A stretch of DNA of 64,000 bases from an uncultured Gammaproteobacteria bacterium (GCA_964502815.1 CAZCXV010000003.1:4694-68693); one strand, 5' to 3'. Counted from the stretch's first letter, positions 18,083-28,646 are shown. Translations and numbers: made by a program. The notes: a model not told the origin generated them from the sequence alone.

Positions 18083-19099
18083 ATGAATCTGCCAAAACTA
18101 ACTAGTTTAGACATCAACGGAAAGAAAGTAATAGTTAGAGTTGACTTGGACGTGGCAAAAATTGACAAAACAGATATTCGCCTTCAGGCTATGGTTCCAA
18201 CAGTAAAGTTTCTTTTGAAAGGTGGAGCTACACATATCTTTCTTGCTGGCCACATGGGTAGATATAAAGAAGGAGAAGAAGCAAAAAGTACAAAAGAATT
18301 ACTTCCTGTTCTTGAGGAACTGTTAGGTGAGGAGATTTCCTTTGGAGAAGAAATTGAGAATGGAATAAATATAAATCTACTTGAGAATTTAAGAAGCACT
18401 TCTAAAGAAGAAGATAATGATCAACAGTTTGCAAAGCATTTGGCCTCCTTAGCAGAGATATATATCAATGATGCTTTTGCTGTTTCTCACAGAAGACATG
18501 CTTCGGTTATTGCTTTACCTAAACTTTTGCCTCATGCAATAGGACTACATTTTGAAGTAGAAATTGAAAATTTAACTAAAGTTTTGGAAAATCCAGCCAG
18601 ACCATTAATTTCTCTAATAAGCGGAATTAAGGCAGACAAAATTGAAATGGTTGAAGGATTAAAATATTTCTCTGACAAAGTCCTTGTTGCAGGCCGTTTG
18701 CCTGAATATATTGATCCAGATTATGGCAAGACGGAAGGCAGGCCAGAATTTTTAAAAGACCCAAAAATCCTAGTTGCCAAGTTTATCCAAGACAGAGAAG
18801 ATATTACCATTCATTCTATTGAAATATTTGAAGAAGAAATCAAAAAAGCAAAAACAATAATATTGGCCGGCGTTATGGGCAAGTATGAAGAAGAAGGCCA
18901 CAGACAGGGGACTAAAAGAATATTTGAAGCAATTGCCAATGCTGGTGCTTTTAAAATTGCAGGTGGGGGAGATACGGAGACAGCTCTATCTATGTTTAAC
19001 TTAAAAGATAAATTTGATTGGATATCAGTAGGAGGTGGAGCGATGCTTGAGTTTTTAACCAAGAAAACTTTACCTGGCATCGAAGCGTTGCTACACTAA
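18083..19099 (+). CDS. pgk: Phosphoglycerate kinase (short form)
   Basis: RVDLDV, AGHMGR, LENLRS...NDQQFAKHLASLAEIYINDAFAVSHRRHAS and GGGDT motifs. Confidence 0.85.
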   Translation: MNLPKLTSLDINGKKVIVRVDLDVAKIDKTDIRLQAMVPTVKFLLKGGATHIFLAGHMGRYKEGEEAKSTKELLPVLEELLGEEISFGEEIENGININLLENLRSTSKEEDNDQQFAKHLASLAEIYINDAFAVSHRRHASVIALPKLLPHAIGLHFEVEIENLTKVLENPARPLISLISGIKADKIEMVEGLKYFSDKVLVAGRLPEYIDPDYGKTEGRPEFLKDPKILVAKFIQDREDITIHSIEIFEEEIKKAKTIILAGVMGKYEEEGHRQGTKRIFEAIANAGAFKIAGGGDTETALSMFNLKDKFDWISVGGGAMLEFLTKKTLPGIEALLH

Positions 19100-19103
19100 A
19101 TAG

Positions 19104-20222
19104 ATGGTAAAAGTGGGAATTAATGGTTTTGGCAGAATTGGCAGAATTGCTTTTAGGATTGCCATGCTAAAACATCTTGAAGATTTGCAAATTGCTGCAA
19201 TCAATACTTCTGGATCGATGCCTGCTTCTGGTTGGGCGCATTTAGTGAATTTTGACACCATGTACAGAAAGTTTGATCTAGAGGTTAAGGCTGAAGAAAT
19301 AAAAGACCCAAAAGATGTCACAGATGAAGATCCTTTAATAGGTTACTTGACTATTCCAAACAGAAACATTAAAGTTCCAGTTTTGGCGCAAAAGGATCCA
19401 GAAAAACTGCCTTGGGCCAAATACGGCGTAGAAGTAGTTATTGAGTCCACTGGTAGGTTTACTTCTCAGGAAGATGCAAAAAAACACGCAATTGGTGGAG
19501 CCAAAAGAGTAATTATTTCAGCTCCATCAAAGGGAGGCAATGTTGGCACCTATGTGATAGGGGTGAATGAGATTCAAGGAAGCCCAGAGGTTATCTCAAA
19601 CGCTTCTTGCACTACAAATTGTGTAGCTCCTGTTGCAGCAGTGATTCATGCTAACTTTGGAGTTGAAAAAGCAGCAATTACTACAGCCCATGGTTATACT
19701 GATGACCAAAATCTGCAGGATAATTCCCACAAAGACTTAAGACGTGCCAGAGCTGCAGCCGAAAACATTGTTCCAACTTCAACTGGAGCTGCAATTGCCG
19801 TGACTGAAACCATACCAGAATTAAAAGGCCTTTTTGATGGAACAGCCATGAGGGTGCCTGTGGCTACGGGCTCAATTACTGATTTTACATTTGTAGTTAA
19901 AAGGCCAGTAACTATTGAAGAAGTAAACCAAGCTTTCAAAAACGCTGAAAGTAATCCTATTTACAAGGGAATATTAGCAACAAGTGAGCTTCCACTTGTT
20001 TCCTCAGACATAATTGGCAGGAGCGAATCAGCTATTGTTGATTTGCCCTTAACCCAGGTAATTGCAGGCAACTTAGTGAAAGTTTTTGCCTGGTATGACA
20101 ATGAATGGGGTTATGCCAATAGACTTCTTGAACAAGTTGTCAGAGTTGGAAGAACTATTGAAACAGCAACCATTCCAACCGATCCATTAACTTTAAGTTT
20201 TAAGCCGGTAACAGTAAAATGA
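19104..20222 (+). CDS. gap: Glyceraldehyde-3-phosphate dehydrogenase
   Basis: VGINGFGRIGR and the SCTTNCVAP active site. Confidence 0.9.
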   Translation: MVKVGINGFGRIGRIAFRIAMLKHLEDLQIAAINTSGSMPASGWAHLVNFDTMYRKFDLEVKAEEIKDPKDVTDEDPLIGYLTIPNRNIKVPVLAQKDPEKLPWAKYGVEVVIESTGRFTSQEDAKKHAIGGAKRVIISAPSKGGNVGTYVIGVNEIQGSPEVISNASCTTNCVAPVAAVIHANFGVEKAAITTAHGYTDDQNLQDNSHKDLRRARAAAENIVPTSTGAAIAVTETIPELKGLFDGTAMRVPVATGSITDFTFVVKRPVTIEEVNQAFKNAESNPIYKGILATSELPLVSSDIIGRSESAIVDLPLTQVIAGNLVKVFAWYDNEWGYANRLLEQVVRVGRTIETATIPTDPLTLSFKPVTVK

Positions 20223-20863
20223 AAGTTATTCCCTCAATATTGTCAAATGATCCAAGTGAAGTAAAAGATATGCTCTATAGGTGTCAGGATGCCGGTGTTG
20301 AAAGAGTGGAGATTGACATTATTGATGGAATTTATGCCAATAATAAAACTATCGACCCCTCCGCCTTGGAAAGTATTGATGTAAGTTTGTTGATAGATAT
20401 TCAGCTAATGGTCAAAGAACCAATTCATTGGATTGAAAAAAGCATACGTGCTGGAGCTGACCGGATTATTGGCCATATTGAAATGATGAGCGACCAAAGA
20501 GAGTTTATTCAAAAAGTCCAAGGTTTTGGTTGTGATGCAGGACTGGGGATAGATTTGAAAACCCCAATTTCTGCACTCAATCCTGCAATCGTTAACGATT
20601 TAGATGTTGTCCTTGTTATGAGTGTTCCTGCGGGTTTTGGCGGTCAAGAGTTTGATTTGTCCGTTTTAGAAAAATTCAAACAGTTAAATGCAATTCGCAA
20701 AAAAGATAACACGCCATTTCTAATTCGAGACGATGGAGGTGTGACTATCCAAAACATTGACGATGTGGCAGAATTAGGAGTAGACGAAGTGTCTATCGGA
20801 AGGAGATTATTTGCAGGTGAACTTGCCCAAAATATTAAAAAATTTACTGAAGCTGCCCGCTAG
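20219..20863 (+). CDS. rpe: Ribulose-phosphate 3-epimerase
   Basis: TIM-barrel RPE pattern: VIPSILS..., ...DIIDG..., and a sugar-phosphate binding GG... loop. The start overlaps the gap stop. Confidence 0.8.
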   Translation: MKVIPSILSNDPSEVKDMLYRCQDAGVERVEIDIIDGIYANNKTIDPSALESIDVSLLIDIQLMVKEPIHWIEKSIRAGADRIIGHIEMMSDQREFIQKVQGFGCDAGLGIDLKTPISALNPAIVNDLDVVLVMSVPAGFGGQEFDLSVLEKFKQLNAIRKKDNTPFLIRDDGGVTIQNIDDVAELGVDEVSIGRRLFAGELAQNIKKFTEAAR

Positions 20864-21470
20864 TGATGGAAGGCTCATCAAGAAAATCTCCTACTTTGGC
20901 TTTGCCGATGCAGATTCCGATGACCCTCTCTATAAAGAAGCCTATGATGTTGCCAAATACTTAACTGAAAGAGGCTTTATGGCAATAAATGGTGGCGGAC
21001 CTGGAGTAATGCGAGCTGTATCTGAGGGGGCAAGAGATGCTGGAGGGGAACCATTAGCAATTACTTTCTATCCCAAAAATATAACCAACTTTGAAGGCAG
21101 GGATCCTAATAATCCTGCTAAAAAAGAAATTGTCTGCAAAAATTATTTAGAGAGAACCTTGAAACTCCTTGAGGAGGGGGACGTATATGTAATTTTTAGG
21201 GGAGGCACTGGAACAATATCTGAATTTGGCATGGCTTGGGGACTTGCAAGGCTTTATTTTGGCCACCACAAGCCTTTAATTTTGTATGGCGATTATTGGC
21301 ATGAAATTGTTACTGCTTTCATTAGGACTATGAGAATCAGACCTGAAGATTTGAAAGTCTACAAAATAGTCAATACTCCACAGGAGGTGCACGAGGCAAT
21401 TGGGGAATTTGAAGCCGCAATTCAAAGACAAATGAATGTTCACGGTGAAGAAAAAGCATTTCAATTGTAA
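20811..21470 (+). CDS. LOG-family (TIGR00730) Rossmann-fold protein; true start uncertain
   Basis: INGGGPGVMRAVSEGARDAGG and IFRGGTGTISEF match the PGGxGTxxE motif. The in-frame ATG lies 53 nt inside rpe. Confidence 0.7.
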   Translation: MQVNLPKILKNLLKLPASDGRLIKKISYFGFADADSDDPLYKEAYDVAKYLTERGFMAINGGGPGVMRAVSEGARDAGGEPLAITFYPKNITNFEGRDPNNPAKKEIVCKNYLERTLKLLEEGDVYVIFRGGTGTISEFGMAWGLARLYFGHHKPLILYGDYWHEIVTAFIRTMRIRPEDLKVYKIVNTPQEVHEAIGEFEAAIQRQMNVHGEEKAFQL

Positions 21471-22272
21471 ATATATGAACCATTCGATAGAAGAATTGAA
21501 ACAAATTGCCAAAAATATTCGCATTGATATTATTGAAATGCTCTTTGTTGCCGGAAGCGGACACACTGCAGGACCTTTGGGTTTGGCTGATATTATGACT
21601 GCCTTCTATTTTGAAATTTTAATGCCAGAAGACAAATTAATACTTTCTTGTGGCCACTATGTTCCCGTCAGATATGCTGCCATGGCAGAGAGGGGAATAA
21701 TTCCTAAGGAAGAATTAATGACTTTAAGAAAGTTTGACTCGAGGCTTCAAGGACATCCTGACAGAAGGTTTTTGCCAGAATTGGAAACAACTTCGGGGCC
21801 TTTAGGAAGTGGTTTAGCTCAAGCTGCGGGAATTGCCCTGGCTGCAAGGATGGATGATAAAAAAGAAATGAAAATTTACTGCATAACTTCTGACGGCGAG
21901 CACAATGAAGGCAATCATTGGGAAGCGGTCATGTTTGCGGCTAAATACAAGTTGGCAAATTTAATCTCAATCGTAGACAAAAATAATATTCAGATAGATG
22001 GAAAAACAACTGAAGTTATGCCAATAGATCCACTTGCTGACAAATATCGAGCTTTTAATTGGAATGTAATAGAAATAGGTGGCAATAATTTTAAAGAGAT
22101 ACTAACTGCTTTTGAAAATGCAAAAACTGAAGCTCAAAAACCAACTGTAATTATTGCTAACACTATTTCTGGAAAGGGAGTGAGTTTCATGGAAAATGAT
22201 TACACATGGCATGGAAAAGCACCAAACAAAGAAGAAGCTCAAAAAGCTTTGGAGGAATTAAATGCTAAATAA
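21436..22272 (+). CDS. Transketolase, N-terminal (TPP-binding) subunit
   Basis: AGSGHTAGPLGLADIM...GPLGSGLAQAAG...SDGEHNEGNHWE. Confidence 0.85.
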   Translation: MFTVKKKHFNCKYMNHSIEELKQIAKNIRIDIIEMLFVAGSGHTAGPLGLADIMTAFYFEILMPEDKLILSCGHYVPVRYAAMAERGIIPKEELMTLRKFDSRLQGHPDRRFLPELETTSGPLGSGLAQAAGIALAARMDDKKEMKIYCITSDGEHNEGNHWEAVMFAAKYKLANLISIVDKNNIQIDGKTTEVMPIDPLADKYRAFNWNVIEIGGNNFKEILTAFENAKTEAQKPTVIIANTISGKGVSFMENDYTWHGKAPNKEEAQKALEELNAK

Positions 22273-23257
22273 AAATCTAAAATTATCAGACAAAGTATTT
22301 AGTCAAGATGTTCAAAAGATTCCTGTAAGGGATGGTTTTGGGGAAGGACTTTTATTGGCCGGAGAGAAAAATAATAATGTAGTTGTTCTGACTGCTGACT
22401 TGAAAAATTCAACTAGGACAACTTCTTTTTCGCAAAAATTCCCTGAAAGATTTTTTGAATGTGGGGTTGCAGAGCAAGTAATGGCAACAGTTGCTTCTGG
22501 TATGGCAAACTCAGGAAAAATTCCTTTTATTTGCTCTTTTGCAGTTTTTTCTCCAGGGAGAAATTGGGAACAGATTAGAACAACAATTGCAATAAATAAC
22601 TTTCCAGTAAAGATTGGAGGACTTTTTGGAGGAGTATCTGTCGGGGCTGATGGTGTAACTCACCAAGCTTTAGAAGATGTTGCTTTAATGCGAGTACTTC
22701 CCAATATGACAATTCTTGCACCTGCTGATAGTATTGAAGCCAGAAAAGCGGTTTTAAAAGCTGTAGAGGTAGAAGGACCTGTATACCTTAGAATCCCAAG
22801 AGTTGAATCACCAATATTCACAACCAATGAAACCCCTTTTGAAATTGGCAAAGCAAATATTTTTTGGGAAGGCAGGAATCCTCAAGCAGCAATAATGGCC
22901 TATGGACCAATTGTCTATGAAGCTTTACTTGTAGCAAAACAGTTAGAAGAAAGTGGTATTGAAACACAAGTAATAAACATGTATTCACTAAAACCTGCTG
23001 ACGAAGAAATGATAATTAGTATTGCTAGAAAAATTGGAGCAATTGTAACAGTTGAAGATCATCAAATTGCAGGGGGATTGGGGTCTATAGTTTCTGAAGT
23101 AACTGCTAGAAATCAGCCAGTGCCTATTGAGTTTATTGGAGTAAAAGATCAATTTGGGCAGTCAGGCAAGCCAGATGAATTATTAACCAAGTTTGGCTTA
23201 AAAAGTCAAAATATTATTGAAGCGGTTAGGAAAGTTATCACTAGAAAGAATTATTAA
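22262..23257 (+). CDS. Transketolase, C-terminal subunit
   Basis: Pyrimidine-binding and C-terminal domains, with GADGVTHQALEDVALMRVLPNM. Confidence 0.85.
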   Translation: MLNKNLKLSDKVFSQDVQKIPVRDGFGEGLLLAGEKNNNVVVLTADLKNSTRTTSFSQKFPERFFECGVAEQVMATVASGMANSGKIPFICSFAVFSPGRNWEQIRTTIAINNFPVKIGGLFGGVSVGADGVTHQALEDVALMRVLPNMTILAPADSIEARKAVLKAVEVEGPVYLRIPRVESPIFTTNETPFEIGKANIFWEGRNPQAAIMAYGPIVYEALLVAKQLEESGIETQVINMYSLKPADEEMIISIARKIGAIVTVEDHQIAGGLGSIVSEVTARNQPVPIEFIGVKDQFGQSGKPDELLTKFGLKSQNIIEAVRKVITRKNY

Positions 23258-23541
23258 TAGGCTGCTCCTTGGAAGTTGTCACAATTTTTCTTGTACCAAT
23301 CCAATGCTTCTTTGGAACACTTCTTTCTATCTTGCCCGTTTAAAATTGGCATGCAATTTATCCAACCATTTGCTGGACATTGATATGAAGATTGTGTCTG
23401 ATTTGGATTTGTGGTTGGAGTAGGAGATGGGGTTAACTTAGAAAGTTTTTTTACTGGCCCAAATTTGAAAAAGGTGGCAAAAATAATCATTAGGGTACAA
23501 AGAGCCAAATACATCAAAAATACATCTTTTCTCACTTTCAT
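23254..23541 (-). CDS. Small secreted Cys-containing hypothetical protein
   Basis: Signal peptide, a Pro/Thr linker and 6 Cys. Confidence 0.3.
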   Translation of the reverse strand: MKVRKDVFLMYLALCTLMIIFATFFKFGPVKKLSKLTPSPTPTTNPNQTQSSYQCPANGWINCMPILNGQDRKKCSKEALDWYKKNCDNFQGAAY

Positions 23542-23609
23542 ATTTCCATTCTCGGTCAGTTTTGGCTAAATAGCAAGATACTCTTGACAAGGGTTATAAC
23601 CTGTTATAA

Positions 23610-23900
23610 TTGATGATGTTCAAACTTAAAGCTGTAAAAATTGGCAATTCTGTTGGTTTTATTATTCCAAGAGAAATTAGAGATCAATTGAATATAAAGG
23701 CTGGAGAGAATTACGAAGTTTCTTATAACAAAGATAAAAAAGTGCTTTATATTTACTTTGGAGATAAGCAATCTAAAAATTATAAGTATTCATCTGGATC
23801 TTTGGAATTTAAGAAATGGCTAAAAGAGGCAATGGTAGAAGATTCTAAAATTTTAGATTTACTTGCAGGTGAAGTTCAAAAGCGCTCTCGAAAAAAATAG
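23610..23900 (+). CDS. AbrB/MazE/SpoVT-type swapped-hairpin DNA-binding protein (orphan)
   Basis: LKAVKIGNSVGFIIPREIRDQLNIKAGE. Confidence 0.5.
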   Translation: MMMFKLKAVKIGNSVGFIIPREIRDQLNIKAGENYEVSYNKDKKVLYIYFGDKQSKNYKYSSGSLEFKKWLKEAMVEDSKILDLLAGEVQKRSRKK

Positions 23901-23925
23901 CACTTCATGCTACAGTTAGATACAT

Positions 23926-24942
23926 ATGGATGCTGCCCAACTAAGAACTGTTGCTCAAAAAATAATGACTCCAGGAAAAGGCATCCTTGCGACTGACGGC
24001 CGAAGTGAGGGTATGCAGAAGAGGTTTGAAAGTGCTGGCATCGAATATTCTGAGGAATTAGACAAGAAATTCAGAAGCCTTTTTTATACTACTGAGGGAA
24101 TTGAAAACTATATAAGCGGGGTGATTTTAAATGAGACAACAGTTGATTGGCAAACCCCGGATGGAACCAATTTTGCTAAACTTCTAGAAAATAAAGGTAT
24201 TTTGCTTGGTGTAAAAGTAGATAAGGGAGTTATTGACATTGCCAATTTTTCAGATGAAAAAGTAACTGAAGGTATGGATAATTTACGTCAAAGATTTACG
24301 GATTTATCGGCTAAGGGAATCAAGTTTGCCAAATGGCGGGCAGTTTTTTTGGCTGAGGATGGCAAACCATCACAGCCGGTTATTACCTCCAATTGTGATT
24401 TAATGGCCAGGTATGCTGCTCTTTGCCAGGAGTGTGGGTTAGTCCCAATTGTTGAGCCGGAAGTGTTAATGGACGGGAGTCACACAATAGAGCAAACAAG
24501 TGGAGCAACTGTAAAGGTTCTAAAAACTTTTTTTAACTATCTATTTGAACACAAGGTCATAATGAATACCGTTATTTTAAAAGTTAACATGGCAGTGCCT
24601 GGTAAAGAAAGTCAGATTGAAACTCCAGATGTAGTTGCAGTCAAAACTTTGGAAATGCTTCATGCAGGAGCTTCAGTTGGCTTGGCTGGGATTGTTTTTC
24701 TGTCAGGAGGACAAGATGCAATTGAGGCTACAAAAAATTTAAACGCGATAGTCAAAAAACATGATGGTAATCCCTGGGAGTTAACTTTTTCTTTTGAGAG
24801 AGCTTTAACTGAGCCGTCGATGGAAATCTGGAAAGGCAAAGAGGAAAATGTTGACGCGGCCCAAAAAGAATTTTTAAAAAGGGCAAAATTAAATTCTTTG
24901 GCAAGCTTTGGAAAATATGACGAGGGTATGGAAAATGAATAA
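23926..24942 (+). CDS. Fructose-bisphosphate aldolase, class I
   Basis: PGKGILATD, LGVKVDKGV, FAKWRAV and LVPIVEPEVL align along their length to eukaryotic-type class I FBA. Confidence 0.8.
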   Translation: MDAAQLRTVAQKIMTPGKGILATDGRSEGMQKRFESAGIEYSEELDKKFRSLFYTTEGIENYISGVILNETTVDWQTPDGTNFAKLLENKGILLGVKVDKGVIDIANFSDEKVTEGMDNLRQRFTDLSAKGIKFAKWRAVFLAEDGKPSQPVITSNCDLMARYAALCQECGLVPIVEPEVLMDGSHTIEQTSGATVKVLKTFFNYLFEHKVIMNTVILKVNMAVPGKESQIETPDVVAVKTLEMLHAGASVGLAGIVFLSGGQDAIEATKNLNAIVKKHDGNPWELTFSFERALTEPSMEIWKGKEENVDAAQKEFLKRAKLNSLASFGKYDEGMENE

Positions 24943-25924
24943 TGAATTTGACTTGTTGACCATTGGGGATGCGACAATTGACGTTTTTTTGACTCCGACC
25001 GATTCTGACCTCTTTTGCAACATGAACGATAAAACCTGTGAAGTTTGTTTTACCTATGGGGCAAAAATTCCGGTTAAAAATATGGAGTTTTCAATTGGTG
25101 GCAATGCAGCTAATAATGCAATTGGTGTAAAAAGGCTAGGTTTGAAGACTGCAATTGTGCTTTCTCTGGGTGATGACAGTGTGGGGAAAATGATTTTAGA
25201 CAGACTAACTTCTGAAGGAGTGTCAACTAAGTATGTAAATGAGCAAACCGGAGCCCATTCTAACTATTCAACGATTATTTCATATGGAGGAGAGCGGACA
25301 ATATTTACTTATCATGCGCCAAGAGTTTACGAATTACCCCAAAATCTTATTCAAACTCCTTGGCTCTATTTAACTTCTATGGGAGAAGGCTACAGACCTT
25401 TCTATGACCAAGTTATAAAGTGGCTTAGTGACAAGACAAAGCTCGCTTTTAACCCAGGCAGTTGGCAATTAAAAAATGGCTTGGAGTCAATTCATGACAT
25501 TGTTGCAAGAACTTTTGTTTTGTTTGTAAATAGAGAAGAGGCACAAATTTTGACAAACTCAAAAGAAACTCAGGGAAAAGAAAAGGAACTTTTGAAAGCT
25601 CTTTTTGATTTAGGAGTAGAAATTCCTGTGGTAACAGATGGCAACAATGGTGCTTTTGCTTTTGATGGAGAGAAATACTTGAAAGTGGGGGTACTTCCGA
25701 TTGATGCATATGAAAGGACGGGAGCAGGAGATGCTTTTGGCTCAGGATTCTTGGCAAGTTATATTAAAGATAATGATTTAAATAAAGCCCTTCTTTCTGG
25801 AACAGTAAATTCAGCTTCAGTTATTGGTTATACAGGGAGCCAAAGAGGGCTTCTTAGGGAAACTGAAATTAGTCAGTGGCTAGAAAGAGCAAAAAGCAGT
25901 GAAGTAAATGTGGTAGAGTTTTAG
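24908..25924 (+). CDS. PfkB-family carbohydrate kinase
   Basis: DLLTIGDATIDVF at the N-terminus and the GAGDAFGSGF anion-hole motif. Confidence 0.8.
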   Translation: MENMTRVWKMNNEFDLLTIGDATIDVFLTPTDSDLFCNMNDKTCEVCFTYGAKIPVKNMEFSIGGNAANNAIGVKRLGLKTAIVLSLGDDSVGKMILDRLTSEGVSTKYVNEQTGAHSNYSTIISYGGERTIFTYHAPRVYELPQNLIQTPWLYLTSMGEGYRPFYDQVIKWLSDKTKLAFNPGSWQLKNGLESIHDIVARTFVLFVNREEAQILTNSKETQGKEKELLKALFDLGVEIPVVTDGNNGAFAFDGEKYLKVGVLPIDAYERTGAGDAFGSGFLASYIKDNDLNKALLSGTVNSASVIGYTGSQRGLLRETEISQWLERAKSSEVNVVEF

Positions 25925-25939
25925 TCTTAATGTCCTTTT

Positions 25940-27658
25940 ATGACAGATAATCTTTCTGAACCAGAAACAACAAAAGAAATATCATCTCCAAAAAAACTAA
26001 CTCGGAGGGATTTTTTACAGTTTACCTCGTTGGGTGCAGTTGCTCTTGGAGGCCTTCGTATTTTTAAGGGATGGATGGATAATGTTGGTGAATCTTGGAA
26101 ACCACAAGGTAAATTATTAACTGCTGGAGAAATAGAAAATAATGGCAAAATATCTGAATTGTTTAAAGGTTCACAAATCTCTTCTTCAGAAAGAACCCTT
26201 AATTTAGAAAGAGGTGGTTTATCTGAGTGGGATCCTCTTTACAAAGCGTGGAGAAACTTTAGAGAGAAATATGGATGTTTGCCAGATATATGGGGTCAGT
26301 ATTTAGATATATTGGATCAAGTTGCTACAAAAAGTGCACAGCCTTCAGTGTTTGAAAAAGAAATCCTTGATAATCTTCAAGCCAAATGGGGAGACAAAAT
26401 AAAAGATGTGGATAGTGATGCTTTGCAACATGCCAGTATGGTGGCTATTGAATATAAACAGGGTGTAATTGCAGACAATGGCCTTGCCAGAGATTTTCTG
26501 GTAACTATTGCTAAAGCTTTTCCTATTCAATCTTTTTGCTTTAATAGAATTCAAGTGAGAGAAGGAGTTGGAGGTCATGCTGGAAGTGCAGACTATATTG
26601 AAATTGCAGACATGAGTCAAGATTGGGAAAATGCAATTATTACCACTGTCCACGAGATTGGACACGTTACCCACGATTTTCGTAGATCGCTTCCACAAAT
26701 AAGGGATTATTTAACAAAAGAGGAATTTGCAGATTATCTTTTGTCTTTTACTCAAGCAGTAGATAAAATGATGCAACTTTTTATTGACAGTAGTCCTGAG
26801 GAAGCTTCAAAACTAAAAAACGGCGAGCCAATATTGGCAGGCCCTTCACTATTTAGAACTCCTGAAATGTGGAAGATTATGAACTGGATTAATTCTGTTG
26901 ATGGGAGAATATTGTCAGATCAGGAAATTTTAAGATTTTTTGAAAACGAAGGAGGGGGAACTGATGAACAAAAAGAACTGTTATTAAAAACAAGAAAAGT
27001 CATTTTGGCAGAATTTGAGGATCTTGAGAATCGGGAAAGGCTCTTTGATATAGACGTCCCAAATGGAACAACTTACTCTGTGTCGTCGTTTCGTGACAGA
27101 TACCAGTCTGTTTATAGAAAAGCGATTAAATTTTATCTCGGAGGAGATAGTAATAATGTTAAAAAAGCAATAGAAATGTATAAATCTGTTAAACAAGAAA
27201 CGGGTTATTACGATGAAGAAAGTGTGTGGTCTGAGATCTCATTTAGAATGTTATACGGGAGAGCTGGTATGTATGAATATGGTAGTGAAATTTGGAACAG
27301 TTATATTTACAATCAACCAAAAGGAAAAGAAGAATTCATGAAATTTATTGATTTTCTAGATCAGCAAGGTCAAAAAACGAAGCAATTATGGTTTAAGGAA
27401 AAAGATTTTGAAAAATTTCAAGAAAGTCAAAAATTGGTAGAGGCCTTGGTAGGTGAGATTTCACATTACTTTATTGGTCCACCCCAAAGAAGTGGTGAAA
27501 GGGGGGGTGGACTTACAAGAGTTGTTGAGGATATCCCCCAAACAGAGATTGAACAACTAAATCACATGCTTTATGGTGTAAGATGGAGAGTGTTTGGTAA
27601 CCTAGAAGAAATTCCAAACTATTCTGAGATATTAAAAAAATTTAAAATAGAGCCTTGA
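25940..27658 (+). CDS. Tat-signal protein with HExxH motif (putative secreted zinc metallopeptidase)
   Basis: TRRDFLQFTSLGAVALGGL is a twin-arginine motif. ITTVHEIGHVTHDF carries HEIGH. Confidence 0.45.
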   Translation: MTDNLSEPETTKEISSPKKLTRRDFLQFTSLGAVALGGLRIFKGWMDNVGESWKPQGKLLTAGEIENNGKISELFKGSQISSSERTLNLERGGLSEWDPLYKAWRNFREKYGCLPDIWGQYLDILDQVATKSAQPSVFEKEILDNLQAKWGDKIKDVDSDALQHASMVAIEYKQGVIADNGLARDFLVTIAKAFPIQSFCFNRIQVREGVGGHAGSADYIEIADMSQDWENAIITTVHEIGHVTHDFRRSLPQIRDYLTKEEFADYLLSFTQAVDKMMQLFIDSSPEEASKLKNGEPILAGPSLFRTPEMWKIMNWINSVDGRILSDQEILRFFENEGGGTDEQKELLLKTRKVILAEFEDLENRERLFDIDVPNGTTYSVSSFRDRYQSVYRKAIKFYLGGDSNNVKKAIEMYKSVKQETGYYDEESVWSEISFRMLYGRAGMYEYGSEIWNSYIYNQPKGKEEFMKFIDFLDQQGQKTKQLWFKEKDFEKFQESQKLVEALVGEISHYFIGPPQRSGERGGGLTRVVEDIPQTEIEQLNHMLYGVRWRVFGNLEEIPNYSEILKKFKIEP

Positions 27659-27659
27659 G

Positions 27660-28646
27660 ATGAAAATACTTGTAACTAGAAAAATACCAGGCAATAAAAC
27701 CCAAGACTTAGTTGGTGCAGGCCATGAAGTGACAACTTCTGAATTTGACAGGCCCTTAACACCTTCTGAACTGGTTGAGAAAATAAAGGGAATGGATGCC
27801 CTTTTGTCTGTTTTAAATGACAGAATTGATGGCGAAGTAATGGACACTTCTGGCCCTCAGCTAAAAATTATTGCCAACTATGCAGTGGGTTTTGACAACA
27901 TTAATATTGAAGAGGCTACAAAGCGGGGAATAGTTGTAACCAATACTCCATCAGACATAGTGAATGAAGCAGTCGCAGAACACACCTGGGCGCTTATTCT
28001 CTCCCTTACAAGAAGAGTAGTAGAAGCAGATGAAGCAGTCAGAAGGGGGGCTTACAAAGGTTTTGACCCGGAGATATTTTTAGGCCCTACTTTAAAAGGC
28101 AAAGTATTGGGAATAATTGGTCTTGGAAGAATTGGAGCAATGGTTGCCAGGCGTGCTAAGGGTTATGAGATGAAAGTCTACTACACTAAAAGATCAAGAG
28201 ATCCAGAACTAGAACAAGAGCTCGGTGCAACTTTTTCTTCGCTTGATGAACTTCTAACAATATCAGATATTATCTCTCTGCACATTCCAGGGTCAGAAGA
28301 CACTAGGCATTTAATAAATGACACCAGTTTGCAGAAAATAAAACAAGGGTCTTACTTAATAAATACGGCTCGTGGTATGTGTGTTGATGAACATGCCTTG
28401 GTAAATCATTTAAGAAGTGGAAAATTGGCAGGAGCTGCCTTGGACGTTTTTGACAATGAGCCAAATATTAATCCAGAGTTAATTGGCATGGAAAATGTAA
28501 TCTTGACTCCACATATCGCTTCTGCCACTTTTGAAGCCAGGGCAGACATGGCAAGACTGGCAGTAGGAGGAATATTAGAAACCTTGGGAAATAAAATGCC
28601 AGCAAATATTGTCAACAAAGAAGTTTGGGAGAAAAGAAGACAATAG
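27660..28646 (+). CDS. D-isomer-specific 2-hydroxyacid dehydrogenase (glyoxylate/hydroxypyruvate reductase-like)
   Basis: GIIGLGRIGAMVARRAKG NAD-binding motif. A catalytic His lies in ILTPHIASAT. Confidence 0.85.
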   Translation: MKILVTRKIPGNKTQDLVGAGHEVTTSEFDRPLTPSELVEKIKGMDALLSVLNDRIDGEVMDTSGPQLKIIANYAVGFDNINIEEATKRGIVVTNTPSDIVNEAVAEHTWALILSLTRRVVEADEAVRRGAYKGFDPEIFLGPTLKGKVLGIIGLGRIGAMVARRAKGYEMKVYYTKRSRDPELEQELGATFSSLDELLTISDIISLHIPGSEDTRHLINDTSLQKIKQGSYLINTARGMCVDEHALVNHLRSGKLAGAALDVFDNEPNINPELIGMENVILTPHIASATFEARADMARLAVGGILETLGNKMPANIVNKEVWEKRRQ

